64,000 nt of DNA from Callorhinchus milii (taxonomy: Eukaryota): assembly GCF_018977255.1 (NCBI RefSeq), contig NW_024704743.1, forward strand, positions 72,232,001 to 72,296,000. Direction: 5' to 3'. The translations under genes were made by a program, and so were the position numbers. Below the pieces are notes generated by a model. It saw only the letters and a list, made by a program, of their open reading frames with translations. It did no database searches and had not been told where the DNA came from. How positions within the stretch are numbered: the stretch's first letter is position 1; every line of letters begins with the position of its first letter. Positions 40,041 to 53,158 of this stretch are shown piece after piece.

Positions 40041-42794
40041 AAAATAGACAAGAGTGGACTAACAGTTCTGTCCACTTCACATTTCCTGTGGTAAGCTATC
40101 AAATGTTCCTACCTTATAATATTACTTCAAACTCAGAAAAGGAATATTCAACTGGTTATGATTTTGGGAAAAAAGCTGGATTACAATAAAATTACAACAG
40201 TTTACATTTATATAGTGCCTTTCACGTCAGGAGGGAATCTCAAAGTGCTTGACATGTCTGGCTGGACATCTGCGCTAGGAGTTGAGGGTGGGGAATGGAA
40301 AGATGACTGAGAGCACGATCAAATAAGTCATATGCCAGTTACACTCAGCCTTTTAACATTAACATTCTACAAATGTTTTGTGTATAAATGCCATCACTGA
40401 ATACAGGCTGCTCAAGTGATCCACTGGGAGTCACTTTTATCCCTAGCCTACAATTGCTGGAAATTCCTTGGCTACTTTCTGCTCTGGATTAAGTATAGAT
40501 CTACAACTTCAAGAAATAACTTTACTTGTAACTCTTAATATAGTAGCAATCAAGATTCTTTCCTGCTAGCACTCAATTTACCAGAAATTCCCTAAATTCT
40601 GTACTTATTTTATCTGAAGCCCTACACAGTACAGCATTTTGAACTGTTTTTATTAACAGAATGATTATGTGTTCATTTTCCTCTCATGGGTCCAAAATAT
40701 CTAGTTTAGCAGTTGGCAAATCTCCTTTCTGATCAGTTCACCTACTAATCAATGTGCATGTATGAAATAAATAAATAAATAGATATATCATTACATAAGT
40801 ACGCAGACCCAAACAACTTTACACTTTTATTTTGGTCAGCCAAGTATCTCTTCCACGCACACAATCACAATGCACCAACAACACTATGCACCCTACTCAT
40901 GTAAATCATCCACCTTAAGACAAGATCCTTTGTCCATGTTTATAGGCATCTTACCCTCTCCACCCTTTTCAACTTGCACCCCTCAGAATGGTTGTCCATC
41001 CAGCAGCGTAAAGCATTTTGAGGCATCCACCCAACAGGAAAGATGATATATAAATGTAAAATGTACTGTAAGCCTGAGAGTTTAGGTGCAGGTTAGCAAG
41101 ATCCAAGATTTGGGGACCCCACAGTGTGCCACTGCGAATCCTGGCAAGCATCTCGCTGTTTGTTCAGCTATTAGGATTTTGGCTTGTAGGGTTAACCAGA
41201 AATAGGTGGGAGAATCTTAAGTAACTGGTCTGCTCCTCGGAGTCCCCGGAATAAGCCGGATTGACTGACATCATCAACAATGCCTTGGGAGTATGCAGAC
41301 CTACCAAGACTGCCAGAGGATCCATTTAGCTAAACCTTGTGAACACTGACTGGCAAGTTTCTTTTCACTGCTTGTCCACCTAAGAGCATTCTACCCATCA
41401 GAACTTTGGCTCGCAATGTTAACTGAGTGGTGTGAAGAATCCTTGCCCCTGGTATCGTCCATCTCTCCAATGAGCCAGCCAAATGGTCTGTCATCAACAG
41501 TGCCTTTGTGTGTTACAGACCTGTCTGGCTCAAGACCCAGAATACTGAGAACACCATAAAGCATCACATTGATTACCATCTTCCATTGTAAGACGCATCA
41601 CCTCAGCTCCAACTCCGCTCATTTTATCACTGATTACTACAGTGCATTGAACTAAGTGGTGTGAAGTAAACACTTTGTTGTGAATACACATAAACTACAT
41701 CGGAAGCACAGAACATACTTGGAGATCTATAATGTTTTGAAGTTCAGTAAACATTTCAGTACATAAAGATATGTGGAAATTGGGAGTTGGTGTATGCCAT
41801 GTACACTGCATGGCTTCACAATTTCTTAACAGTAGTAGCACCTCAGTGCCTTGGGACATCGTCCCGCGTTGTTGTTGTGACAAATATAAAGGGAAAGCTG
41901 CTGTGACAGTGATGCTGTCATTAAACCTGTTCAGGTGGATGTTAAAGATCCCTATCCCAAAGGCACTATTTGATCAGAGAACGTTTCTCCTTGTGTCCTG
42001 GACAACAATCCTCCAAATTAATTGGTCATTTATCTTGGGGACATTTATGGTGCTTTGCTGTCACCAATGTCTGCAATGCTTACCTCCAAAAAGTCACAAA
42101 TCTTAGCAGTAATTAAACGTTAAGCTCTTAAATACATTGATGTATGAAGGTGCTATAAAATTTAAAATACTTTTGAGGTGGTGGACACAATAATTCAACT
42201 GCTGAACTTAACCAAACACCCAGGTCCTTCTATGAAACACATCCACCTCTGCAAGCTATACTGGTAAGAAATAAATCTCAATGTGAAAATTTGAGAAAAT
42301 GCACAGATGAATTTTGTGCGGTTTGGGTGGAAAATTCTTGAAGACTTTGAAATGATATTGGTCAAGGATTGTATGGTATTGTGACCCTTGCACCAAGTGC
42401 AACACTTATCAAACCGTGTACTGGGTGTGCATGCTGTGAGTAAACACGGCTGTGCAGTGTGGTTGGAAAACAAACATATATTTTGCTTTGCTTTATTTTT
42501 AAACCTTAGCGTATTCTCCTCCCTCCCCCCTGGCTGTGTTGACTTCCCTCTCCACACTGAGCAGCCGGTGGCTCAGCGGGTCACTCCGCACACAGCGGGT
42601 CACTCCGCATGCAGCCGCTCGTTTCACTTGTGTGTTTGGTGTTGACCCACAGCTTCGGTCTCCTGTCGTCTCCGCTCGTCAGAGACCAGAGGCCTGGGAG
42701 CCGCCTGCAGCCTGGGAACGAGCGGCAGGAAAGCGTGTGTCTCGGCAGCTGGAGACGGGGTCGGGCAGGACAGGCTCCCGCTCCTTCCCTCACA

Positions 42795-43072
42795 CCAGCC
42801 CTGCCCTCCCTGCCCAGCCTTGCCCAGCCCTGCCCTCCCAGCCTTGCCCAGCCCTGCCCTCCCTGCCTTGCCAGCCCTGCCCTCCCTGCCCTGCCAGCCC
42901 AGCCCTGCCCTCCCAGCCTTGCCAGCCCTGCCCTCCCTGCCCTGCCAGCCCAGCCCTGCCCTCCCAGCCCTGCCAGCCCAGCCCTGCCCTCCCTGCCTTG
43001 CCAGCCCTGCCCTCCCTGCCCTGCCAGCCCAGCCCTGCCCTCCCAGCCTTGCCAGCCCAGCCTTGCCCTGCC
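42795..43072. repeat. C-rich/G-rich minisatellite (CCAGCCCTGCCCTCCCTG variants) in AKAP9 intron 1
   Basis: Directly visible degenerate tandem array. Confidence 0.92.
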
Positions 43073-43163
43073 GGACAACAATGCCAACCATCGACTGGAG
43101 ACACGGGCGCGGCTGGGCTCGGGGTGGCGGCGGTGGCGGTGTTGGCGGCGGTGCAGACCTCAC

Positions 43164-43211
43164 CTTGGCTTTACCGGCCTCCAGCTTCTTCTGTCTCTCC
43201 TCGTCTTCCAT
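43164..43211 (-). CDS. AKAP9: AKAP9 coding exon 1 (MEDEERQKKLEAGKAK)
   Basis: Matches the known AKAP9 N-terminus. ATG at 43211, donor AAG|GTGAG, inside a CpG-rich region. Confidence 0.95.
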
Positions 43212-43325
43212 TCCTGTCACAGAGCAGCACTGAGGTCAGTGACACGTTAGCACCGCCGAGCGCCCGCCCTCAACAGCTCCTCCCCGCGTCATCATGGCGA
43301 CCGCCGGCGCCGCACCACGCGCGCT

Positions 43326-43548
43326 CACTGCGCATGTCCGGCCGTGCGACCTCACCCAATCACTGCGCATGTCCGGCCGGGCGACCTGACCCAATCACTG
43401 CGCGTGTCCGGCCGAGCGACCTGACCCAATCACTGCGCGTGTCCGGCCGAGCAACCTCACCCAATCACTGCGCATGTCCGGCCGAGCGACCTCACCCAAT
43501 CACCGCGCGTGTCCGGCCGAGCGACCTCACCCAATCACCGCGCATGTC
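43326..43548. repeat. 35-bp tandem repeat, about 6.4 copies (CACTGCGCATGTCCGGCCGAGCGACCTCACCCAAT)
   Basis: Units start at 43326, 43361, 43396, 43431, 43466, 43501, with a partial unit at 43536. Confidence 0.95.
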
Positions 43549-46500
43549 AGGTAGCGGCGCCGCGCGGAGCTGCCGCTCGTGTTCGCAACACGGTTTGGCC
43601 TCTCGAGCTTTTGGCTAAAATGAGCGTTCACAGGGCCCGGTGTTGAGGTCAGTCTGACTGAGGTGTTCATGAGAGGGGCCGTCATGGAGGGACATCGCGC
43701 CCTGCGCTGCCTGTTGGTGGTTAGAGTTACGACGTCTTTCCGACGTGAAGGGCGGTGGCCCAGTGTGACTTGTTGTTGTTGTTGTTGTTGGAGGCCCGGG
43801 AGCCGGGGATCGGGGGCCCCGAGGCCCCGTGTGGTTTGCCGACATTCGGGGCAATTCCTCGCAGCGGCAGTTAGGCCGATTCTGACCTGTGAGGGGCGAA
43901 CTCGCTCATCATTAAAACATACTGCGCTGTGGCTGAATTATTTACAACTCGTCATATACGGCACAACATTTCACTGCAGGAGTTGAGTGCTTGGATTCAG
44001 CAGCAGCTCTCCCCCAGTCTGGACTGTGAGTGAGGATTAAAACACAACCCTCAGACTCCGAGCCACACTATGTATATACATATATATATATATATATGCA
44101 ACCATTCTGTTGATTTTGACCATGAAAGCAGAAATACAGGGCATAGGATTGGGATTCTCAATCAGGACGAGAGATGGTGAGGATGTTTTTGCCAATTGCA
44201 AAAGCTGGAAACTACTGAGATATGGTCAGGAACCAGCACCAGTGATCTGCCGTCCTGGAGATCTTGGAAGATTTACAAGATATGAGGATGTTTATTTGGT
44301 CAGCCTTGGGAGAACTCGTAACCGTGCTTAAGGTTATCCAAATCAACAACGAAAACAATAGCTTTAAACTATACGGTATCATTCATGCAGGATAGCGCCT
44401 CAGAGCACTGTGCGCTAATGGGGTTGGGCACAGAGCAAGGAAGAAGGGAAATGACCATAGGCTGGGACTGAGTATTTTTTGCCAGTACAGTATCAGAATT
44501 GAGACTTTGCCTCTGATCCCGAAAAACATGGGATAGTGGAATGTTAGAATAATGATAATCCTTCCATTTGATATTCAACAACGACAATTTTCATTTATGT
44601 ATGTTTCAGCTGGTTTGTGGAAAGGTAGTGGTGCAGACGGGCGATGTTCCAGAATTGAAAGCAGACTTGGTCAGAATTTGGATGAAAAGTTTAATGCCTT
44701 ATTACGTTGAAGTGTATCAAATTGCTTCACAGAGTTTTCTTTAAATTGTAGTGAAGGTGAGTATAACAGTCAATTTGCATACAACAACAACTTGCGTTTA
44801 TATAGCGCCCTTCATGCAGGATAACGTCCCGGAGTGTTTGACAGTGATGGAGTCTGACCCTGATCCAGAGGGAGGGGGGAGGTGACAGTAAAAATGCTGA
44901 AAAAGCAATGATCCACAAACTGCCTTGAAGTGAAGGACAATTTTATTTGGAAAATTGTTGGCCAGGACACTAGGAGAAACTCTGTTCTCTTTTGGAATAG
45001 TGGCCGTGAGAACTTCCCAAACAAAATGCAGTCATAGCACTTTACAGTAAATCCTGTGAAGTGCTTTGAGATGTCCTTCTGAAGTGAAAGCTGCCTTATC
45101 AAATATATGGATTATTATTATTATAATCTTATTATAATCTTCAGGTTTCACGTCAACCTGAACAGGCAGACATTATACTAATGCTGAATTATTATATGCG
45201 GTTTGTAAGAGAATTGTGTGTAGTTCTTACATTTTGTAGTGTTGATTCAGGTCATGTTGCTTGTTTTATTTTAGAATTATTTTCAATAGTAACATTTTAA
45301 AATGTTAAGCCAATTGCTGAGGTGTTTTTTTCCAGAGGAAAATTTCCTTTATGCACAATTACAAAAGGTTTCATCTTTGCAGAGGATGACAGAGATCTTC
45401 AGATAGATGAAGGTAGTGATACAATATTGTGTAACTTGTGATGTTGGCATTACTTCTGTAAACCACTAAGTTGTTCTCCTTTGCTGAATCACAATGAGTA
45501 CTTTTCATTACATTTATGAACGTTTTAGGATTAGTTGGTCAGATACATCCGGTATAAGTTACAAATGAATAATAATAATAATAATGAGATGATGCAGAAT
45601 GATGCAGGTTGCAATTTTACAGAACATTTTATAAAAACTTAAAACCTTTTTTCGTTAAACCAAAATTGCAGACCAAGAAGGCACAGGTCAGGATTGTGAT
45701 GTATTCTTACATACACTGCATAATTCATAGCTGTAATGAATGTTTGAGATGATTGAGACTAGGATGTTTGACTCATTTTTAGCGAATGACTTGATGCTGT
45801 GATGGGTATTATGGAAGAATAAATTCATATAGGCAGTAGAGTCTTCTTCAGATAGGGCCTCTCTTATGATTAGGACAAACAAAATAAGAGTTCAAACATC
45901 CAAGCATTGTCAAAAAGGACACAACAGAGAAAGGAATTCTATATGGTGCCTAAAGTCAAAGACATGCAGTACATTACCAGTGTTGGTGGATTGCTGCTGC
46001 CTCCTGGAAATTGGTGTTGTACAGCGGATCGTCTGGCTAATTTTTAACTCAACACATCGCCTTTTGGACATGATCAAGTCCTTTTATCTTCTGTAGTTAA
46101 AGGCTGTCTGCTTCTTAAGGAGTACTCATCTGCAAATGCTCTCGAAAGGCACTGCAGAACTGAAAGTTTAAGCGATTTAATTATTCATTTCAAAGGAGTA
46201 GTATGTCACAATTTGTAATTTAAGTAAGTGATGATCAGGTCATTACAGCTAATTGCATGACCTCAAAAAGCATTTGTTTGCATCTCATCAACTGAACAGA
46301 GTGTTATGTGTACGTGAAATGTTTCCGCAAAAGTTTATTAGACAATCTCTTTTGAATTGACATAAATATGTAATATTAAGAATATTTGATTGAAAAAAAT
46401 CGCATATAGGAAAGACAGCCCATGTCCATAGATTGTTGGTGTGAAGCCCTGCTACAGTTTATTTTTCCCAAGTGTCAAAATGGGAATGGGATATATAAAA

Positions 46501-46590
46501 AATAATGCGACAGCAACTTTATTTTTTTTCTCTAATTTTCTTCTCTTCTGAAGGCATTTTTTTCTTCAGTTGTACAGTTCCGTATTTCTC

Positions 46591-46939
46591 AAGTCCTGTA
46601 GCTTGGAGCGTAAAAGCAGTCAGCTCGCAAGTGAGAGGCCCTGGTTTGATTCCCAGCAATGCGAAACGTTGGGCAAGTTTCCTTACTCCACTTGCCTCTG
46701 TTAACCTCGCAATAAGTAAGAATCCAGTTGTTAGTCGTTTGTCAGATCGCTTTTTCGGGGCTAATAATTCCTCAAAAAAAAATATATTGGTCACTTAATC
46801 CACGACTGTTTGCTGCATGTAATTGTCTGCTATGTTTCGCCCACAAAACAGTCAATTCGCTTTACAGTATGTTCTGTGAAACGCTTTGATACACTTAGAA
46901 GACATGATAAGATGATATATCAAATGCAATTATTATTAT
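46591..46939 (+). mobile_element. Same SINE family
   Basis: tRNA head, body and tail. Confidence 0.82.
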
Positions 46940-47059
46940 TTCACCTTGGTAACCATTTTTATGTGTAAGGTTTGGCAGTGAGTGTACATTGTTGTGGTAT
47001 TTTAGTCAATCTTCATTCTGTCTTTACTAATTTTGCACCATCCAGCAAGGAGGTCTCTA

Positions 47060-48062
47060 GAACAGTTGCATTTATATATTGCCCTTCAAGTAGGATAACA
47101 TCTCGAATTGCTTCATAAATCAAAGGGGAAAGTGACTGTACAGCATGGTTGAAGAAAGGCTTTTAGGTGAGATTTAAAGATGGAGAGTGGGAGAAATGGA
47201 GAGAATTCTAGAGGAAAGTTAGCGATGTGGTAGCTGAAGGTTCAGCCACCAATGGTTGCTCAGAGCTGTCGTGGGCTGAGCAGGAGGTCCATTAGTTGAG
47301 CTGAAGTGGAGTGGACGATCAGAAGATTGGGGTAGGAGAATATCATAGAGATAGGAGGGTGAAGGGATTTATAGACAAAGGTGAAGAACTTTTAAGTGGA
47401 TCCATTGGGAGACAGGGAGCTAGTGGAGCCTGGCGAGGATTGTGGTAATGTTCATGGGGAGTTTGCTATGAGTGAAGGTGTGGTTAGTGGAGTCTTGGAT
47501 CAGCTCGAGACTCGTGCGATCTCGAAGTGTTTTAGAAAAGTCTTGTCGATGGTTTTTTTTTAAAAAAAGCATAAGGGTTTTGGTGGCATTTAGTGTGTGA
47601 AAGGGGACTAGGCAGGCAATGTGGCAAAAATGAAGAAAAGTCTTGGTCATAGACTGCATGTGAGGAAGAAAGGAGATCTGAGGATAATACTCAACACCAA
47701 GGTTGTGCACTGGTTTGGTCAGTTTGAGAGAGAGGCCAGGGAGGTTGAGATCAGAGCTTGAAGTTTGGAGACCATGGCGGAAGCCAAGGAAGATTAGTTT
47801 TGTCTTGTACATGATAACATGCAAGAAATTGCATGCAAATCCTCCAGGCCTTGATGTTTGACAGGCAGGCAGACAGAACATCAGTGGACCTGGCTTCAAA
47901 CATAGAAGTGGAAAAGTAGATTTGTGTGTGATCTGCATACACATGGACATTAACCTCACGTCTACCGATGATGTAGCCAAGAGATGAGGAACAGGAGGGA
48001 ACTGAGGATAGAGGCTGAGGGGACCATGCAAGCACAGCAGGGGAAACCATCAGAGGAGGAGA
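47060..48062 (-). mobile_element. Older, degraded L2-like LINE fragment
   Basis: VHVYADHTQIY and SVPSCSSSL remnants; L2-like 3' tail. Confidence 0.7.
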
Positions 48063-48362
48063 CAAAGTGGAAGCAGTGCCAAGTAGTTTTAGGAACCTAT
48101 CTAGAGATTGGCATCTTTCAAACTTTCTTTCATCTGGTTACAATGCATTATCCAGAAATTAACAATAGACACATGTGAATAAACAGCTGAATGCAATATG
48201 GATTTAACAACTAGAGAAGAAAAAGCATTGGGTATTGTGCTCAACATTAACAGAACCTAATTATAATTTCCTTATAAAGCTGATGGCATTTATATGGTGC
48301 CCTTCACATAGGATAGTGTCTCAGAGTGCTGTACTGAGGCAGGGTTGGATGCCTAGCAAGAG

Positions 48363-49398
48363 AACAACAACAACAAGATTTCATTTATAGAGCGTCTTTC
48401 ACGGCGGGAGGACGTCCCAAGGCGCTGTACAGTTGGGTCAGGACCCGAGCCTTGGGGGGAAATGGTCAGGGTGAGGGGAGGGAAGGGAGGGAGTGAGGAG
48501 GGGGTAGAGAGTCGAGAGGGGAGCTGAAGGCACGGTCAAAGAGAAAGGTCTTGAGACCGGCCTTGAAGGAGGAAAGGGAGGAGGCGGCGAAGGCACTGGG
48601 GATAGAGTTCCAGAGCCTCGGGGCTGAGAGGCTGAAGGCCCGACCACCGATGGTAGGGCGGTTGGTGCAGGGGATGTGGAGCAGACCGGAGCCAGAGGAA
48701 CGGAGGGTACGGGCAGGTAGGTAGGGGGATAGTAGGTCGGAGAGGTAGGAGGGAGCAAGGCCGTGAATGGCCTTGTAGGTGAGGATGAGGATCTTGAATT
48801 CGATCCTCTGGGGGATGGGGAGCCAGTGGAGGCGAGCGAGGGTGGGAGTGATGTGGTCCCGAAGCCTGGTGCGGGACAGTACACGAGCTGCAGAGTTCTG
48901 AATGACCTGCAGCTTGTGGAGGGAGGTGGCGGGAAGGCCGGCGAGGAGACAGTTCCCATAGTCCAGCCTTGAGGTGATAAAGGCGTGGACCAGAGTTTCA
49001 GCAGCGTGAGGGGTGAGGTAGTGCCGTAGTCTGGCGATATTCCGGAGGTGATGGAAGGCGGTGCCAGTTGTGGCGCGGATATGAGGGAGAAAGGACAGCT
49101 CAGGGTCGAAGAGAACCCCGAGGTTCCTGACGGCTTTGCGAGGTGGAGAGTGCAGCCTTGGATGCTGATGCTGTCAGCACCTGAGGTGCGGAGGCGCTGA
49201 CGTGAGCCAATCAGGAGGGCCTCAGTTTTGCGCACATTGAGCTGAAGAAAGTTGTCTCTCGTCCAGGACTCGATGTCGGACAGGCGGGCTGTCAGGACAT
49301 CGGTGGTCATGGAGTTGAGGGTAGAGGAGGAAAGGTAGAGTTGGGTGTCATCCGCATCCATGTGGAAGTTAGCCCCATGTCTGCGGATGATGTCACCA
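48363..49398 (-). mobile_element. 5'-truncated L2-clade LINE, same family as 29850-31098
   Basis: [28 protein letters not shown], frameshifted, (TTG)n tail. Confidence 0.88.
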
Positions 49399-50031
49399 AC
49401 GATATTTCAAGAACATTTTTCTCCAAAAAGAATGATTTAGGATTTTGTTCTGCTCACAGTGGAGGCTGCCTAACAGTCTGGGTTCTCTTCCCAATTTGCA
49501 AAATTTCTGGGTAAAAAATTCCACTTTAACCGGTTTCCAAAGAGTGAAAGCTATGTTGCCTTAGTGAAATTAAGACTCTTCTGTCTAAAAAAAATTATTA
49601 CATTTGATGTAGCACATGTAATGTTGAGATATCTTAAAACCCTTCACAAGATATAATGTAAAGTGCATTTTGTAGATGAACGCGTAGCCAATTTGTTGTG
49701 CACAATAACGTCCCACAAACAGCCATGAAGGGAATAATCAGTTTTATGATTTAATTGGTCAGAACACTGAGAGAAACTTCATTTTCTTTCCAAATAAAGA
49801 CTCTTTAACATCCACCAAAGCGAATCTCAGTTTAACAGCTAATCTGAAGGACAATGCAGTGCTCCCATGGCACTGTTTTTGAGTGCACAAAGTACAGATG
49901 TGTGTCTTAACATGTTGTACTTATTGTACTGTTCATTAGATTTAAAAAATGTTCATGTAATTTCTTAAAATGTGACCTACTAATTAAAAAGGATGCTACA
50001 AAAACATGTGATGACTTCAACTTCAAATTCT

Positions 50032-50037
50032 TTTATT
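50032..50037 (-). terminator. Candidate polyadenylation signal of LRRD1
   Basis: AATAAA on the minus strand about 70 nt after the stop codon. Confidence 0.55.
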
Positions 50038-50106
50038 ATTGCACAATGGATCTTTTTTGACATTTGCGTTGCAACTCGTTGACAGAAATGTGTGCATGGA
50101 GCATGC

Positions 50107-50290
50107 TTAGAATTTGATAGCTTGTGCATATATTCGTATGGCTTTCACCATGTCTGCCAGCTTTTGCAGGTCTGCGATGTCCAGAGTTCTTATTAAATTA
50201 ATCGTTAAGTCCGAAGGTTCCAGTGAAGGTGGTTGTTGATTTTGCCACCAGATCAGGGCTTGCGCTAGCTTATCTTCCAATGTAAGTGAT
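50107..50290 (-). CDS. LRRD1: LRRD1-like last coding exon (SLTLEDKLAQALIWW...RIYAQAIKF*)
   Basis: 184 nt, phase 2 entry, ends AIKF-TAA like human LRRD1. Confidence 0.88.
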
Positions 50291-51941
50291 CTATATGAAA
50301 AGAAAATACCTTCTCAGCAATAGTCACATAGCCAAGTGCTCATTTTTTTCCTTTTACCAAATCAAGTAAATCTTGTTTTAGTTATGACTATTTTCCCTTT
50401 GTAACAGGTCTCTCTGCCCTGCCTTCTTTTCTTCCCCTCCTCCTCCTTCTCCCCTGCCCCCTCACCCCAAGTACATTCACCTTCCTTGAGTGAGAGGTCT
50501 TGAAGTGAGCAACCTGCCAAAGGGTTCTGCCAATGGTAACGCTTAAGGTAACCATTGGGAGATGAGTAAGATCAAACAAAAACCTTCCTTCCTGTGGTGA
50601 AGAATGTAATGTCCACCCTGTGGCACAACCATGATCATGATGCTCAGCATCCAGTGAATCACAGATAGAAACCTGTGCCTTGCCCCATAACTTGACACAA
50701 ACCTTTAGATCACTGACTGTGTTGTGCTGTTTCAGTTCTTATTAATGTCAATTTTGGTAAATCTAGATTGGAATTGAATGCTTCTCATTGTTGCATAAGT
50801 TATGATGTAAAACAGATGATTGTTGTTAGAGACAAATCAGGAAATCACACAGAGGTTTAGGATAGGGAGCGGAAGGAGCCTGAGAACCTAGAATAATATT
50901 GAAATCTTTTCAAGTTCGGAGTGGTTATTCGTTTCATAGCTGCTTGTGGGACATTGCTGTGCACAATTGTGTTGTCGTGTTTGCCTACATTATACGCATT
51001 TCACAGAAATTCCTGTGAAGCACTTCAAGATAACCTTTGAAGTAATAAAGTGCATTACCAAAAGCAATTATTATTATCCTGCCCTCACCCTGAGGTGCAC
51101 ACACAGCATAAGAACCCACGGCTGGTTTTCCCTTCCCTATACAGGTTGATGAAACCAATGCAGTTACCTTGTGCCATACTAGATAATTAGCTAACTCACT
51201 GGATCTGTGACGTTCCCTTGACTATGGCTCTTCTTTACTGTAAAGTAAGTTCACTGAGACATGGATTATAGACACCTATTGTCAGGTACACACTCAGTGA
51301 TTTGGAATGTTCTCCCAATGTGAAAGGTGCTGTATAAATGGAAATTTGTATGGTAGTGTCTTTAGAATTCAGAATAAACCCTTCCACGTAGCAGGTTCAC
51401 GCTTGATAGATACTAATTGTAAACAATTTGGCTGAAGAAACATTTTTCTTGAAAGCAGTAACCTATCTCCTCCCCACCCTCCTCGACTCCCATTCCAGCT
51501 CAGATGCCATGTCATGTTTGTTAAGCGGCTTGGAACATCCTGCAGACTTGAAAGACACTATATAAATATAAACTTCTATTGTAATTTGGGGCTTTTAATA
51601 CAAAATAAGCAGGGTGTTGGAATTAGAGCAGTTAGCCCAAGCTCCTCGACATAGGTATGATTAACCAAATGGCTTCTTCACATGTGTTTACATGTACAGG
51701 ACAAGAGTGTTCAATCCCAAGCTTGTCATGAATCTTAAGGATAGTTTTTCAGGACACATTAGAACCACATTTCTGGTCCACTTGAAAATTCATATTTTCC
51801 CCCATATGTATTTCAGGAACATCATCTTGTGATGGAAACCATCTGGATGCAAATCTTAGAAAGTGGGGGAGCATTACCAATCTCTCCAGAGAATTACTTA
51901 TTTTCTCAACAAAGCAGATGCGGAAGCATGAAATGTCAAAC

Positions 51942-52062
51942 CTTGCTTTTGACAATAACGCAACATTTTCGTGTGGCAGATGTAGCTTCTTGCAAAGATG
52001 TTCGAAATCCTCAGAAGAAACCTTTTGTGTTATAACCTTTATGATTTTTTCTAGTAGCTTTT
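51942..52062 (-). CDS. LRRD1: LRRD1-like coding exon 4 (KLLEKIIKVITQKVSSEDFEHLCKKLHL...)
   Basis: 121 nt, phase 1/2. Resembles the start of the human LRRD1 death domain (recalled KILEKIFKIV...FEFLCQKL). Confidence 0.83.
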
Positions 52063-52213
52063 CTGAAAGAAAACAACACACACAATACTGACACAGACAT
52101 TGAAACAGTATGTCATTAACCACTTAATACTGTAACTGTATTCTGTGCTACTGATACTTAATAATCATGATGGCTTGCAAGCAGTGTTAGCTGACATTAC
52201 TACATATACTTAC

Positions 52214-52375
52214 TGTCCCTGATTGCTGTACACCTCAAGTATTCATCTATTGGAAAAAGCTTTTCTGCTTCGCAAACTTGAATTGGGGGTTTTACTAGGG
52301 GATTTGCATCCAGCTGTATTTCTTCCAGAGCCTTCAGACGGCCAAAGTCTCTTGGGAGAGAAGACAGCTTATTTC
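52214..52375 (-). CDS. LRRD1: LRRD1-like coding exon 3 (GNKLSSLP...DANPLVKPPIQVC...YLRCTAIRD)
   Basis: 162 nt, phase 1/1, LRR cap motif NPLxxPP. Confidence 0.87.
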
Positions 52376-52959
52376 CTAACAAAGTAGAAAAAAAATTATA
52401 TTTTTAAATAATTATGTATCCATGCCAACTATGAGTTTTACACTAATTATTATAGTACACAACTTTCAAAAATTCTTAAACTTCCACTTATTAAGGAACA
52501 ACTACATGTGGCATAGTGGTTAGCTCGCTCATCTCGCAAGCGAGAGGACCCGGACTTAATTCCTGGGCGGGTGAAAGCATGTTTGCTTATTCCACACACC
52601 TCTGTTTACCTAGCAGTAAATAGGAACGGTTGTTAGTTGATGGATTGCTTTCCACATGAGCCAACCTAATCGTATGCTCCTGCTCAATATCTGTACTTAA
52701 TATTCCCTCTCTTCAAGAATCTAAACAATTCCCTTTTAAATTGATTTAGGGACTCTCAATTATGGTTTTAGAAATAAGGCTATTAAGAGATATGGGGAAA
52801 AAGAAGAGAACTATGTTTAGAAAATAAAAAACAGGCATGAAATAATAAGATGGACCAAAATGCCTTCTATTCTTACCTTCCTAAGCCTATGTCAAGAATT
52901 TCATGACAGACAGTGCTTTATAGATTTTAGAAAGAGCTTAAAATTTACAGACATCTTAC

Positions 52960-53158
52960 CTTTCAAGTCTAAATGCTGGAGTTTGGACAACGCTGTAATG
53001 AAATTGGGGATTTGGCGTATTCTATTATTTGCAGCTTTAAACGTGGTTAGATTCCTCATTAATTCAATATTGTTTGGAAGTAATGGAATCTCATTGTCTT
53101 CTATGTCAAATTCTTGTAGGTTGACAAAATTACCCACTTCAAAAGGTATATCTCTCAG
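52960..53158 (-). CDS. LRRD1: LRRD1-like coding exon 2 (LRDIPFEVG...LQHLDLK)
   Basis: 199 nt, phase 0/1, LRR content, ttttacag / G|GTAAGA. Confidence 0.87.

Larger units (their letters stand above)
42540..43900. promoter_or_regulatory. CpG island / AKAP9 promoter
   Basis: Sharp rise in GC and CpG around AKAP9 exon 1 against an AT-rich background. Confidence 0.8.

Noticed and set aside
43294..43389. Plus-strand strong-Kozak ATG with a short ORF running into the promoter array
   Set aside because: About 31 codons and repeat-derived; CATGGCG is equally explained as a YY1-like promoter motif.
43326..43548. 35-bp array as a CRISPR locus
   Set aside because: Contiguous units with no unique spacers, no cas genes and a vertebrate context.
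42536..43618. Long Pro/Ala/Gly-rich ORFs on both strands (up to 360 aa)
   Set aside because: Artefacts of stop-free GC-rich tandem repeats; only the 16-codon AKAP9 exon is supported.
45688..46165. Short ORFs between AKAP9 and LRRD1
   Set aside because: No recognisable domain or consistent exon structure.
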